Part shown: in pieces, positions 26,150-40,380 of the stretch
How positions within the stretch are numbered: position 1 is the first letter of the stretch
Layout: every line of letters begins with the position of its first letter
Source: Octopus vulgaris
Taxonomy: Eukaryota
Direction: 5' to 3'
DNA: 64,000 nt
Assembly: GCA_951406725.2 (NCBI GenBank)
Contig: OX597833.1
Span: forward strand, 13,826,001-13,890,000
Notes under the pieces: generated by a model
The model's input: the letters and a program-made list of their open reading frames with translations, nothing else
Databases searched by the model: none
Told to the model about the DNA's origin: nothing
Made by a program: the position numbers and the translations under genes

Positions 26150-27212
26150 CAGAACATAGCGATGGGAGAAATACCACAATGCATTTCATCCAGTGTGCCA
26201 ATGATTCTGCCAGCTCACAGGCACAAGGCCTGAAATTTTGGACGAAGGGGTGAGGTCAATTACATCGACCCCAGTGCATAACTGGTACTTAATCTACCAA
26301 CCCTGAAAGGATGAAAAGCAAAGTTGACCTTGGCGGAATTTGAACTCAGAACATAGCGATGGGAGAAAGGGGACGAAGGGGTTAGGTCAATTACATCGAC
26401 CCCAGTGCATAACTGGTACTTAATCTACCAACCCTGGAAGGATGAAAAGCAAAGTTGACCTCGGCGGAATTTGAACTCAGAACATAGCGATGGGAGAAAG
26501 GGGACGAAGGGGTTAGGTCAATTACATCGACCCAGTGCGTAACTGGTACTTAATCTACCAACCCTGGAAGGATGAAAGGCAAAATTGACCTTGGCAGGTG
26601 CCAGTCAGAACATAGCGATGGGAGAAAGGGGACGAAGGGGTTAGGTCAATTACATCGACCCAGTGCGTAACTGGTACTTAATCTACCAACCCTGGAAGGA
26701 TGAAAGGCTGAAATTGACCTTGGCGGAATTTGAACTCAGAACATAGCGATGGGAGAAAGGGGACGAAGGGGTTAGGTCAATTACATCGACCCCAGTGCAT
26801 AACTGGTACTTAATCTACCAACCCTGGAAGGATGAAAGGCAAAGTTGACCTTGGCGGAATTTGAACTCAGAACATAGCGATGGGAGAAAGGGGACGAAGG
26901 GGTTAGGTCAATTACATCGACCCAGTGCGTAACTGGTACTTAATCTACCAACCCTGGAAGGATGAAAAGCAAAGTTGACCTCGGTGGAATTTGAACTCAG
27001 AACATAGCGATGGGAGAAATACCGCAAAGCATTTCATCCTGTGTGCCAACGATTCTGCCAGCTCACAGGATGCAAGTCCTAAATGGCGAATTTGAACTCA
27101 GAACATAGCGATGGGAGAAAGGGGACGAAGGGGTTAGGTCAATTACATCGACCCCAGTGCGTAACTGGTACTTAATCTACCGACCCTGAAAGGATGAAAA
27201 GCAAAGTCGGCT
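26150..27212 (-). repeat. Tandem array of ~130-bp SINE-B-derived units (about 7 copies)
   Basis: GGACGAAGGGG recurs at 26241, 26371, 26502, 26630, 26761, 26892 and 27123. Confidence 0.92.
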
Positions 27213-27696
27213 TTTCATACAATAGACTCAAAAATGCAACCCCTTATAAAAAAAAAACATTTCCCCGGGGGGGTAGACCCCCCCCACTCTCTCTGACCCT
27301 CCAGCTACACAACTGTGTTTGGTGCCAGTCCAGTGTTGCGTGACATATAACGGTTTTGCTTTGACGAGGCTTTGCTTTCCTTCAAAACAAATCTCTCCAT
27401 TTTAACAACCACATAAAACTGCTACACATTCCTTTCATGTTTTTACAATTTTCGTTTCTATGCTCACCTATAACCCACACCTTCTTCCTTTCTTTCTGTT
27501 TTTTTTTTGTCTTTTAAACTCTTCTCGGTGGTTTTTTTTTTCAAATTTTTTCTTAACCATTTATGGTGCTTCGCTTCAAACAAAAATTTTCAGATTTTGG
27601 AGTTTCGTATATAAAAAAAAATTACCAGCAGATGTAAAAATAAAGAAATTGAATCTGGTCATATTAGCATTTCTGTCACTCCGTTGCTTTTTCACA

Positions 27697-28155
27697 GCAA
27701 CAACAACAATGGTGTTGCTGCTGCTGCTACTACTACTACTACTACGACGACTACTACTACTACGACGACTTCTACGATGACGACGACTACTACTACTACG
27801 ACTTCTACTATGACTGCTACGACGACTTCTACTACGACGACTACTACTATTACTACTACTACGACTTCTACTATGACTACTACGACTTCTACTACGACTA
27901 CTACTACTACGACTACAACTACTACTACTACGACAACTACTACTACTATTACTACAACTACGAGGACTACTACAACTACTACGATGACGATTACTACTAC
28001 TACTACTACTATTACTACTACTACTACGACAACTACTACTACTATTACTACAACTACGACGACTACTACAACTACTACGATGACGACGACGATTACTATT
28101 ACTACTATGAGTACTACTAATACTACTATTACTACTACTATGACTACTACTACAG
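27697..28155. repeat. (ACT/ACG)n trinucleotide tract
   Basis: Direct inspection. Confidence 0.9.
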
Positions 28156-28879
28156 GACTGCCCAATGTGCTAAACACTTCTGCTGTGTCACTGGTATTAA
28201 AAGGGTAAATGGGGGGGGGGGTAAAGACATCCTTCGGTCAAGAATGACCATGGGTTTGCACCTAGAAAGCCCCCCCCCCCCACTATGTACAAGTCCGGGT
28301 TAGGTTGTTCATGGAAAACCAGCAGTCACCCATGCCATACCGAAACATATAAAAGAATATAAAAAAGAAAGAATAAACACAAACACACACACATATGATG
28401 GGCTTCTTTCAGTTTCCTTCTACCAAATCCACTCTCAAGGCTTTGGTCAGCTGCAGGGTACAGTAGATGTTTGTACATGGTGCCATGTAGCGGGACTGAA
28501 CCTGGAACCATGTGTCATTGTGTTTGTTCTCCCCATCCCACACACATATACACATATATACACACACTGCCTGGCAACCGGTGTTGGTTTGCTGACATCC
28601 CTATAACTTAGCAGTCCAGCAAAAGAGTCCAATAGAATAAGAACCTGACTGAAAAAAAAAAAAATAGAAGGAAAAGAAAAAATGTGCTGGGGTTGATTTG
28701 TTTTAATTAAAACACTTCAAGGTGGTGCCCCAGCATGGCCACAGTCCATGTGTGTGTGTGTGTGTGTGTGTGTATAAATTCGATTAGAAGTTGTGTTAAC
28801 CTCATGAAGGGATGGTTTCATACACGGAAATATTGGTTCAATAGCGAATATTTTTGGGGAATTAATTTCCTTAAAATAA

Positions 28880-29122
28880 TAGCACCATCTGTCCGTGGCC
28901 GTTTGCCAGTTCTGTCTGGCACCTGTGCGGGTGGCACGTAAAAAGCACCCACTACACTCACTGAGTGGTTGGCGTTAGGAAGGGCATCCAGCCGTAGAAA
29001 CACTGCCAGATCTGACTGGGCCTGACGAAGCCTTCCAGCTTCACGGACCCCAGTTGAACCGTCCAACCCATGCTAGCATGGAAAGCGGACGCTAAATGAT
29101 GATGATGATGATGATGATGATG
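28880..29122 (+). mobile_element. RTE-LINE 3' end (family C)
   Basis: Conserved tail plus (GAT)n. Confidence 0.8.
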
Positions 29123-29331
29123 AATATAACAATTATTAACTTCCCGATCTCCATTTTCTTTTTCATCTTTTATATACATACATACATATATATGTATATA
29201 CAAACATATGTATATATATAAGATATAAGGCTGTAGCAATATGTCGGACATGTTGCTTCTATAAATTACGGCTTATTATAAAAGAAGACAATGATGTAAG
29301 ATTCTGAAGAAAAAGATGTAGTGTGTGTCAC

Positions 29332-30155
29332 TGGTGGTGGTGGGTGGTGCATAGGGATAAAGCAAAGAAGCTGGATGGTGGTGGCAGCAGTGATGGTGGT
29401 GGTAGTGGTGATGGCGGAGGTGGTGATGGTGGCAGTGGTGGTGATGATTGTGATGGTGGTGTTGGTGGTGGTTGTGATGGAGGTGATGGTGGTGATGGTG
29501 GCATGGTGGTGGTGGTGATGATGGCAGAGGTGGTGATGGTGGTGGTGGCAGTGGTGGTGATGATTGTGATGGTGGTGTTGGTGGTGGTTGTGATGGAGGT
29601 GATGGTGGTGGTGGCAGTGGTGGTTATTGTGATGGTGGTAGTGGTTGTGGTGGTGGTGTTGGTGGTGATGGTGGCAGCAGTGGTGGTGGTGGTGGTGATA
29701 GTGGAGGTTGTGATGGTGGTGGTGGCAGTGGTGGTGATTGCGATGGTGGTGATGGTTGTGTTGGTGGTGGTTGTTGTGGTGATGCTGGTGTTGGTGATTG
29801 TGATGGTGGTGGTGGTTGTGTTGGTGATCGTTGTTGTGGTGATGTTGGTGTTGGTGATGGTGGTGGTGATGGTAGTGATGTCAGTTGTGGTGATGGTGGT
29901 TGTTACGGAGATGGTAGTGGTGGTGATAGTATCGTATTGATGGCAGTGGTGGTGATGGGGGTGATGATGGTGATGGTGGTGGTAATGCCTTGATGTTGAT
30001 GGTGGTGGTAGTCGTGGTGGTTGTAGTAGTGATAGCGGTGATGGTGGTTGCGAGGGCAGCCTCGGTAGAGGTCAGAATGGTGGCAGCAGTAGCAGTGACA
30101 ATAGTGGCAATTGTGGTTATGGTGGTGGTGGTGGTGGTTATGGCAATAATGATGG
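29332..30155. repeat. (GGT/GAT)n trinucleotide tract
   Basis: Direct inspection. Confidence 0.9.
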
Positions 30156-30660
30156 GGAAATATTAAGTCATAAAATCTAATTAATAAGTAAAAGCAATAA
30201 GAAAGAAACAAAAAAAAAAAAAACAAAGCAAGGAAAACTAATAAATAAACTAATTAAGAACATGTAATTACTTGGTGAACGAATGTCTATGTATTGTTGT
30301 TTTAATTTGCAGCAGACACAGCAGAGTCATAGTAGAGAACTCTAAGACTCACTAATTAGCAGTGCAATCAGTGAATGTCATTTAGATTACGAAAGTTAAG
30401 CCGGTGCCAAGTTTGACGGTCAGCCACACGAGTGAACGGTTTCAGTGGTTAGGGAAATGGTAAGGAGATGCTGTTAAGCATTTTTTGTGTTACCAGGCAT
30501 GGCTGTGTGGTAAGAAGCTTGCTCTTTGACCACATGGTTCCGGGTTCAGTCCCACTGCGTGACACCTTGTGCGAGTATCTTCTACTATAGCCTCGGGCTG
30601 ACCAAATCCTTGTGAATTGATTTGGTAGACGGAAACTGAAAGAAGCCCAATATGTGTATG

Positions 30661-30694
<34 letters not shown>

Positions 30695-30865
30695 GCTACA
30701 GGTGTAGTTGTGTGGTAAGATTCTTGCACCTCGACCACATGGTTCCGGGTTCAGTTCCACTGAATGACACCTTGTGCGAGTGTCTTCTACTGTAGCCTCA
30801 GGCTGACCAAAGCCTTGTGAATCGATTTGGTAGACAGAAACTGAAAGAAGCCCAACATGTGTGTG

Positions 30866-30898
<33 letters not shown>

Positions 30899-31170
30899 CA
30901 CCGTGACCGACCAGATGTTGCTACACATCGCTGGTCACAATGCGCTTTGCATTGTTTTAGCCTTCAAATGACGCCACCCCGCTGGCTAAGCGAGCAGGCC
31001 AACAGAGGAAAGAGTGAGAGAAAGTTGTGGCGAAAGAGTACAGCAGGGATCGCCTCATGGAGCTTTAGGTGTTTTTGCTCAATAAACACTCACAACGTCT
31101 GGTCTGGGAATCGAAACCGCAATCCTACAACCGCAAGTCCACTGCCCTAACCACTGGGTCATTGCGCCTC

Positions 31171-31171
<1 letters not shown>
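30899..31171 (-). mobile_element. tRNA-headed SINE family D1
   Basis: Head GGAGGCGCAATGACCCAGTGGTTAGGGCAG...GGTTTCGATTCCC; tail TGACCAGCGATGTGTAGCAACATCTGGTCGGTCACGGTGA. Confidence 0.85.
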
Positions 31172-31216
<45 letters not shown>

Positions 31217-31217
31217 C

Positions 31218-31254
<37 letters not shown>

Positions 31255-31342
31255 CAATATATATATATACATATATATATATACATATATATATATACAT
31301 ATATATATACATATATATATATACACATATATATATATACAC

Positions 31343-31377
<35 letters not shown>

Positions 31378-31507
31378 CAATATATATATATATATATATA
31401 CATATATATATAACATATATATATACATATATACATATATATATATAATAATATATATATATATATATATATACATATATATATACATATATATAATATA
31501 TATATAA

Positions 31508-31552
<45 letters not shown>

Positions 31553-31582
31553 ATAAAATTATATATATATATATATTATATT

Positions 31583-31630
<48 letters not shown>

Positions 31631-32159
31631 GTGTGGCTGTGTGGTAAGAAGCTTGGTTCCCAGCCACATGGCTCTGGGTTCAGTCCCATTGCATGACACC
31701 TTGGGCAAGTGACTTCTGCTATAACCTTGGGCTGACCAAAGCCACATGAATGGATTTTGCAGACGGAAACTGAAAGAAGCCTGTCGTGTGTGTGTGTATA
31801 CATATACATATATATATAGATGTAGGTGTGGCAAGAGGCTTCCTTCCCAATCACCTGGTTCTAGGTTCAGTCCCACTATGTGGAACCTGGGCAGGTGGCT
31901 TCTGCTCTAAGCCTCAGGCCCACCAAAGCCTTGTGAGTGGATTTAGCAAGTGGAAACTGAAAAGAAGCTCATCGTGTATGTGTGTGTGTGTATGTGTGTG
32001 TGTGTGTATGTGTGTGTGTGTGTATGTGTGTGTGTGTGTGTGTTTGTTCCCCTATCATCATTTGACAACCGACACTTTTTCTGAAGTCTGATACTTATTC
32101 TATCAGTCTCTTTTAATGAACTGCTAAGTTACAAGGGATGTAAACAAACCAATACCAGA

Positions 32160-32465
32160 GGTCAAGGAGGCAAAGTGGCTGAGTTCCTTTCGAGATCTTT
32201 GGCATTATGTTGGGCCTCAGAAGAAGTCCCAACAAGCTGAGCAAAATCGTAGTCATGGCAGATATCAGCGTCACGCAAATGGCGCACCTGTGCCAGTGGC
32301 ATGTAAAAATCATCCATTACACTCCCAGAGTGGTTGGCATTAGGAAGGGCATCCAGCTGTAGGAAACCACGCCAAATCAGACTGGAGTCTGGCACAGCTT
32401 TGCAGCTTACCAGCCCCAGTCAATCCGTCCAACCCATGTCAACATAGACAACGGACGTTAAATGA
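32160..32465 (+). mobile_element. RTE-LINE 3' end with ORF remnant (RDLWHYV...)
   Basis: ORF-end remnant contiguous with the family C tail. Confidence 0.7.
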
Positions 32466-32466
32466 T

Positions 32467-32682
32467 ACTCTTTTACTCTTTTATTTGTTTCAGTCATTTG
32501 ACTGTGGCCATGCTGGAGCACCGCCTTTAGTCGAGCAAATCGACCCCAGGACTTATTCTTTGTAAGCCCAGTACTTATTCTATCGGTCTCTTTTGCCAAA
32601 CTGCTAAGTAACGGGGACGTAAACACACCAGCATCGGTTGTCAAGCATTGCTAGGGGGACAAACACACACACACAAACACAT

Positions 32683-32713
<31 letters not shown>

Positions 32714-33065
32714 CATATATACGATGGGCTTCTTTCAGTTTCCGTCTACCAAATCCACTCACAAGGCTTTGGTCGGCCCGAGGCTATAGTAGAAGACACT
32801 TGCCCAACATGCCACGCAGTGGGACTGAACCCGGAACCATGTGGTTGGTAAGCAAGCTACATACCACACAGCCACTCCTACACCTATATATATATATATA
32901 CGATGGGCTTCTTTCAGTTTCCGGCTACCAAAATCCACTCACAAGGCTTTGGTCGGCCCGAGGCTATAGTAGAAGACACTTGCCCAAGATGCCACGCAGT
33001 GGGACTGAACCCGGAACCATGTGGTTGGTAAGCAAGCTACTTACCACACAGCCACTCCTGCGCCT
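32467..33065 (-). mobile_element. SINE family A with a tandemly duplicated 5' half
   Basis: Two successive ~180-bp head modules followed by one body and tail. Confidence 0.88.
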
Positions 33066-33635
33066 ATGATGATGATGATGATGATGATAGCAGGATTTTG
33101 TATAGTTTTGTCCACCATTTTCACTCATGGAGGCTTCAGTCGGCCAGAGGCTACAGCAGAAAGAAGACATTTGTGCAATGTACCATGTAGCAGAATCAAA
33201 TACGGTGATTAGAAAATAAAATCTGTAACGACACAGCCATGTATACAGTTCTTAATTACAATAAAAAAAAAAAAGAAAAAAATTCTAATTATACTCTTGA
33301 GATTGTAAACAAAATACTTTTTCTATGTCACACAAAATATTTCTAAAAGCTTATAGAATACATATCCCCCCCAGCCCCCCACCCCACTATTATCGACATT
33401 AACACCATCGCCATCACCACTAACAACAACAGCAACAACCCCACCACTACCTCTACAATCACCTCCACCACCACCACCACCAACAACAACAACAGATCCC
33501 TTTCCACCACCATCCACTGCTGTCTTAAGGAATAAGCACAATGGGCAGGGGTGGGGGGAAGACCTCATGGGTTTAGGGCAGGGGTTGCAAAAGGGAGTCC
33601 GATGGACCTCCTAGGGGTTGGTGAGTAATTACAAG

Positions 33636-34038
33636 GGCGAGCTGGCCGAATCGTTAGCACACCGGACGAAATGCTTAGCAGTATTTCGTCCGTCGTTACG
33701 TTCGGAGTTCAAATTCCGCCGAGGACGACTTTGCCTTTCATCCTTTCGGGGTCGATAAATAAAGTACCAGTTACGCACTGGGGTCGATGTAATCAACTTA
33801 ATCCCTTTGTTTGTCTTTGTTTGTCCTCTCTGTGTTTAGCCCCTTGTGGGTAGTAAAGAAATAGGTATTTCGTCTGCCGTTACGTTCTGAGTTCAAATTC
33901 CGCCGAGGTCGACTTTGCCTTTCATCCTTTCGGGGTCGATAAATGAAGTACCAGTTTCGTATTGGGGTCAATGTAATCGACTTAATCCCTTTGTTTGTTG
34001 CCTCTTTGTTTGGCCCCTTGTGGGTAGTAAAGAAATAT
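33636..34038 (+). mobile_element. SINE family B dimer
   Basis: Full head, then a second unit after the AAAGAAATA|GGTATTTCG junction. Confidence 0.88.
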
Positions 34039-34240
34039 ACAAGGGGTCGATAATAGTCAAGGGGGTCAAATGGAGGGGGGGTCGTTGGCGTGCGAAGGAC
34101 CATCTCTCCTGGATGAACTGCTTTGAAATACTTAGTCAGCACCATGAAACGTGGGAAAATGTTGAATTTTCACTGGATGCCCTTCCTAATGCTGTTGCTA
34201 ACACCCGAGACCTGATGTTGCAATCTGTATCGTAATCAAA

Positions 34241-34809
34241 GATTGAGAGGTGTGACTCAGAGGATGCAGGTTGTCAAGCGCTTGCTTATAGAAATTGGCT
34301 GAACCTGGGGCAACGAGGTGATTTGAGACTGAAACTGACCAACATTCAGCCTGATGTCAATGCCTTGATTCAGGATCGCCATTATCATCCCTCACGTGGA
34401 GGCGCAATGGCCCAGTGGTTAGGGCAGCGGACTCGCGGTCGTAGGATCGCGGTTTCGATTCCCAGACCGGGCACTGTGAGTGCTTATTGAGCGTAAACAC
34501 CTAAAGCTTCACGAGGCTCCTGCAGGGGGTGGTGGTGAACCCTGCTGTACTCTTTCACCACGACTTTCTCTCACTCTTTCTTCCTGTTTCTGTTGTACCT
34601 GTATTTCAAGGGGCCAGTCTTGTCACACTCTGTGTCACACTGAATCTCCTCGAGAACTACGTTAAGGGTACACGTGTCTGTGGAGTGCTCAGCCACTTGC
34701 ATGTTAATTCCACGAGCAAGCTGTTCCGTTGATCGTATCAGCTGGGACCCTCATCGTCGTAACCGACGGAGTGCTAGAGAAGTGCTCCTAATATCATCCC
34801 TCACATTGA
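34241..34809 (+). pseudogene. hAT (Buster/Charlie-type) transposase C-terminal remnant, split by a SINE
   Basis: ...YRNWLNLGQRGDLRLKLTNIQPDVNALIQDRHYHPS|H* matches the family-terminal motif RNRL...DLRL.L+.I.P.+..L.....HPSH*; the final codons are restored by removing the SINE. Confidence 0.75.
34396..34791 (+). mobile_element. tRNA-headed SINE family D2, full length with a 13-bp TSD
   Basis: Same head as D1 but a different 3' half; TSD TATCATCCCTCAC at 34383-34395 and 34792-34804. Confidence 0.92.
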
Positions 34810-35149
34810 TGTTGTCAATTCCAATAAAAGATATTCCAGCAGTATGATGTGTTTTTCACATTTTTTAATGTTGAAAACAATTTCATAAAAACTGAAATTG
34901 AAAGTGCCACTGGACTGACTCCTGTGCAGGTGGCAAGTAAAGAAACACTGTTTCGACCCTGTGCTTGAGGAGACCTATTGAGTCAAGTACATCAACATCA
35001 ACAATCAATGGAAATTGTAGTTGTGGTCCCTGTGCGGGTGGTACATAAAAAGCATCATCCGAACGTGGCCGATGCCAGCACCACATTGATTGGTTTCCGT
35101 GCCAGTGACATGTAAAAAGCACCAACCGATCATGGCCATTGCCAGCCTT

Positions 35150-35778
35150 GCCTGGCACATAAAAAGCACCCACTACACTCACGGAGTGGTTGGTGTTAGG
35201 AATGGCATTCAGCTGTAGAAACACTGCCAGATCAGACTGGAGCCTGGTGCAGCCTCCTGGCTTACCTGACCCCGGTCGAACAGTCCAACCCATGACAGCA
35301 TGGAAAACAGATGTTAAACGACGATGATGATGATGATATATATATATATATATATATAGTCAATTCAAATAAAAAAAAAAAATGCCAAAAATGAATGTAA
35401 GGACATGCTCAAGAAATATATTAGTTTGACACTCAATGAAAGGAGAAAGTTCGACATTTCGCGCATTGCTCCTCGGCAGAAAGGAGAAAGGGAAAAGTCC
35501 AAAAATGGGGAAGAAATCGCCAACAGCGATATATATGAAGACATAACGGACAGAGAAATATTTTGCTGATCTTTTATTTAACAAACGAAAATTCCTAATA
35601 TCTTGATAAATTTGTTTCATAACTCAAAAACCATGCAAACGTTTTCGTATTTAATATCATATTTAATAATTAATAATTTACTTACTTGTCTACGTTATTG
35701 CAAATTGCAAAAAATTTATTCAAAATAATGCAGAATTTGTGCTATGACTTATCTATATGTATGTGTGTGTATATATAT

Positions 35779-35825
<47 letters not shown>

Positions 35826-36101
35826 CGTGTATATATAAATATATATGTGTGTGTGTGTGTGTATATATATATACATGTATATATAAATATATATATGTGT
35901 ATATATATATGTGTGTGTGTATACATATATATATGTGTGTATATATATATATACATGTATATATAAATATATATATGTGTATATATATATGTGTGTGTGT
36001 ATACATATATATATGTGTGAATATATATATATATATGTGTATATATATGTGTGAATATATATATATATATGTGTGTATATATATATGTGTGTGTGTGTTT
36101 G

Positions 36102-36197
<96 letters not shown>

Positions 36198-36491
36198 TAT
36201 ACATATATATATATATCGTCTGCCAGCCTCGTCTGGCACCTGTGTCGGTGGCACATAAAAAACACCATCCGAGCGTGGCCGTCTGCCAGCCTCGTCTGGC
36301 ACCTGTGTCGGTGGCACATAAAAAGCACCCACTACACTCACGGAGTGGTTGGTGTTAGGAATGGCATTCAGCTGTAGAAACACTGCCAGATCAGACTGAG
36401 CCTGGTGCAGCCTCCTGGCTTACCTGACCCCGGTCGAACAGTCCAACTCATGACAGCATGGAAAACAGATGTTAAACGACGATGATGATGA

Positions 36492-36531
<40 letters not shown>

Positions 36532-37294
36532 AATTCAATTAAAAAAAAAAAAAAATGCCAAAAATGAATGTAAGGACATGCTCAAGAAATATATTAGTTT
36601 GACACTCAATGAAAGGAGAAAGTTCGACATTTCGCGCATTGCTCCTCGGCAGAAAGGAGAAAGGGAAAAGTCCAAAAATGGGGAAGAAATCGCCAACAGC
36701 GATATATATGAAGACATAACGGACAGAGAAATATTTTGCTGATCTTTTATTTAACAAACGAAAATTCCTAATATCTTGATAAATTTGTTTCATAACTCAA
36801 AAACCATGCAAACGTTTTCGTATTTAATATCATATTTAATAATTAATAATTTACTTACTTGTCTACGTTATTGCAAATTGCAAAAAATTTATTCAAAATA
36901 ATGCAGAATTTGTGCTATGACTTATCTATATGTATGTGTGTGTATATATATGTGTGTTTGTGTGTGTGTGTGTGTGTGTATGTGTATATATATATATACG
37001 TGTATATATAAATATATATGTGTGTGTGTGTGTGCGTATGTGATGTGTGTGTGTATATATATATACATGTATATATAAATATATATATGTGTATATATAT
37101 ATGTGTGTGTGTATACATATATATATGTGTGTATATATATATATACATGTATATATAAATATATATATGTGTATATATATATGTGTGTGTGTATACATAT
37201 ATATATGTGTGAATATATATATATATATGTGTATATATATGTGTGAATATATATATATATATGTGTGTATATATATATGTGTGTGTGTGTTTGT

Positions 37295-37330
<36 letters not shown>
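35150..37330. repeat. ~1.17-kb near-identical tandem duplication (RTE tail + TA-flanked element + microsatellite)
   Basis: 35361 corresponds to 36531 and 35742 to 36915; even the microsatellite interruptions are largely shared. Confidence 0.9.
35450..35482 (-). ncRNA. Degenerate minimal hammerhead motif (duplicated at 36623-36655)
   Basis: Minus strand TTT-CTGCCGA-G-GAGC-AAT-GCGC-GAAAT-GTC-GAA; architecture similar to 14403 and 17807. Confidence 0.45.
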
Positions 37331-37391
<61 letters not shown>

Positions 37392-37396
37392 TATAC

Positions 37397-37447
<51 letters not shown>

Positions 37448-37458
37448 CATACATATAC

Positions 37459-37489
<31 letters not shown>

Positions 37490-37490
37490 C

Positions 37491-37583
<93 letters not shown>

Positions 37584-37956
37584 TACATATATATACATAT
37601 ATATATATACATATATATATATACATATATATATATACATACATATATATATATACATACATATATATATATACATATATATATATACATACATATATAT
37701 ATACATATATATACATATATATATATACATATATACATATATACATATATATATATACATACATACATATATACATATATATATATACATACATACATAT
37801 ATACATATATATATATACATACATACATATATACATATATATATATACATACATATATACATATATATATATACATACATACATATATACATATATATAT
37901 ATACATACATATATACATATATATATATACATACATACATATATACATATATATAT

Positions 37957-38001
<45 letters not shown>

Positions 38002-38011
38002 CATACATATA

Positions 38012-38109
<98 letters not shown>

Positions 38110-38208
38110 CATACATATATATACATACATACATATATATACATACATACATATATATACATACATACATACATATACATACATACATATATATATATAT
38201 ACATATAT
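37300..38208. repeat. (TA)n/(TACA)n microsatellite
   Basis: Direct inspection. Confidence 0.95.
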
Positions 38209-39141
38209 GTGAGTGTTAGTTTTAAATCACAGTGCAAAAGAGAAAAACATTGGTCCATTGTTGGCGGAGATGCTTAGAAGTTTTATAAATGCGGTTCATA
38301 AAGGAGAAGAATTCTAGAGTGCTGGTATTGAAGTGAACACGTCCATGTATTGATATCATAAGAAATTCAAAAGCTGTCAGATATTTCCTCATATCATACG
38401 ATCTTCTGCATTTATTCCGATATATTAATAATTCATTTGTAAATATTAACTACACAAAATTCCTACAGCTGTCTACTTAAGGCGTAGTTCTATTCAATTC
38501 AAGCAAATTGCAGATGTAACTGGATTTTCCCAAAGTTTTCTTCACAATGCTGGCTAACCCTTATAGTTGAAGAAAATGTCCACTTGATGGAAAACTTACA
38601 AAAAAACCCCAAAATCTATAAAACAAAGGAAAATGCTTCTTCAGTCAAAGTTTTCCAAGAAAGAATTCCTAGATTATTTTCATGCATATTTTCTGAAAAA
38701 TATGACTTAATTCTTTAGTATTCAAACTGGCTAAATCTGGCTCAAATATTCTACAAGTTTTACTGGCCATATCTGACCTCTCACACCTAACCTATACTAA
38801 CATTTAACTCACTATTTGCTTATTTAACTCATTTGTTTTTGTATTACATGTTATTTACTGTTGGTGACGTCCTGTAACCTTATATATATATAGGAGTGTC
38901 TTCTATTATAGCCCCGGGCCGACCCAAGCCTTGTGTGTCTATGATTGTCCCTCTAGCATTGCTTGACAACCGATGCTGGTGTGTTTACGTCCCCGTCACT
39001 TAGCGGTTCGGCAAAAGAGACCGATAGAATAAGTACTGGGCTTATAAAGAATAAGTTCTGGGGTCGATTTGCTCGACTAAAAGGTGGTGCTCCAGCATGG
39101 CGACAGTCAAATGACTGAAACAAGTGAAAAAAAAATATCTG

Positions 39142-39180
<39 letters not shown>

Positions 39181-39574
39181 TATTGATAGAAATGGTAAGA
39201 CAACAAAAGATTGAAAGAGACCTTGATATTATGTAAATAGAGGAATTTATCTGTAAATGTAATATGTGACATAATATGTGGCATGCAGTGGGACTGAACC
39301 CGGAACCATGTGGTTGGTAAGCAAGCTACTTACCACACAGCCACTCCTGCACCTTCTGTTTCTGCCAACCAAATCCCCTAACAAGGCTTTGGTCGACCTA
39401 AGGCTATATTAGAAGACACTTGCCCAAGGTGCCACACAGTCGGACTGAACCCGGAACCATGTATATATATATATATTCTTAACAGTTACTCATGCTGTAG
39501 TTTGAAGCCAAACAAAGAGTAATTTTTCCCCCATCAGTTCAAAGAATGAAAATAGAAGAATTAGTGTATTTCAG

Positions 39575-39660
39575 AAGTGGTTTTTCCTGAAGCCACACAA
39601 GACGTCAATGAACTCATGGAAGGGTTTCCTCGAAAAGTGACTGAGTACACATGGTCAAGA
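39575..39660 (+). CDS. Candidate coding exon (unassigned)
   Basis: TATTTCAG acceptor, AGA|GTAGGA donor, open frame EVVFPEATQDVNELMEGFPRKVTEYTWSR; no recognised homology. Confidence 0.25.
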
Positions 39661-39673
39661 GTAGGAAGCAAAA

Positions 39674-40380
39674 GTGGTGGCTGCGGTGGTGATGGTGATG
39701 GAGACATTGATGGTGGTGGTGGTGGTGGTGGTGGTAGTAATGGAGACTGTGATGATGGTGGAAGTGGAGGTGGTGACGGCGGTAGTGGTGATGGTAAACG
39801 AGATGATGATGGTGGTGGTGGTGGTAGTGGAGGTGATGGTAGTGGTGATGGTAATGGAGATGATGAAGGTGGTGGTGGTGGCAGTGGTGGTGATGGTGAT
39901 AATGGTGATGATAGTGGTGGTTATGATGGTGGCGGTGATAATGGTGATGATAGTGGTGGTTATGATGGTGGCGGTAGCAGTGGCAGTGGTGATGATGTTG
40001 ATGGTGATGATGATAAAGGTGGTTATGATGGTGGTGGTGGTAGTGGTGGTGGTGGTGGTAGTGGTGGTGGTGGTGGTAGTGGTGGTGGTGATAGTAGTGG
40101 TGGTTGAGGTGATGATGGTGATGGTGATGATGATAGCGGTGGTTATGATGGTTGTGGTGGTAGTGATGGTAGTGGTGTTGGAGGTGATGATGGTGATGGT
40201 GATGATGGTAGCAGTGGTTATGATGGTGGTGGTGGTGGTGATGGTAGTGGTGATGGTGGTGGTGATAGTAATGGTGGTTGAGGTGATGATGATAGCGGTG
40301 GTTATGATGATGGTGATGGTGATGATGATAGTGGTGGTTATGATGGTGGTGGTGGTGGTGGTTATGGTGGTGACGGTGAC
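39674..40380. repeat. (GGT/GAT)n trinucleotide tract
   Basis: Direct inspection. Confidence 0.9.

Noticed and set aside
27684-28208. Thr-rich mucin-like ORF preceded by a good acceptor (CTTTTTCACAG)
   Set aside because: Pure (ACT/ACG)n tract with no Pro/Ser or codon diversity; such tracts are common in this window; not supportable without RNA data
34398-34470. Functional tRNA genes at SINE heads (also 42717, 293 and others)
   Set aside because: They continue into SINE bodies, lack a proper acceptor stem, and one is bounded by a TSD
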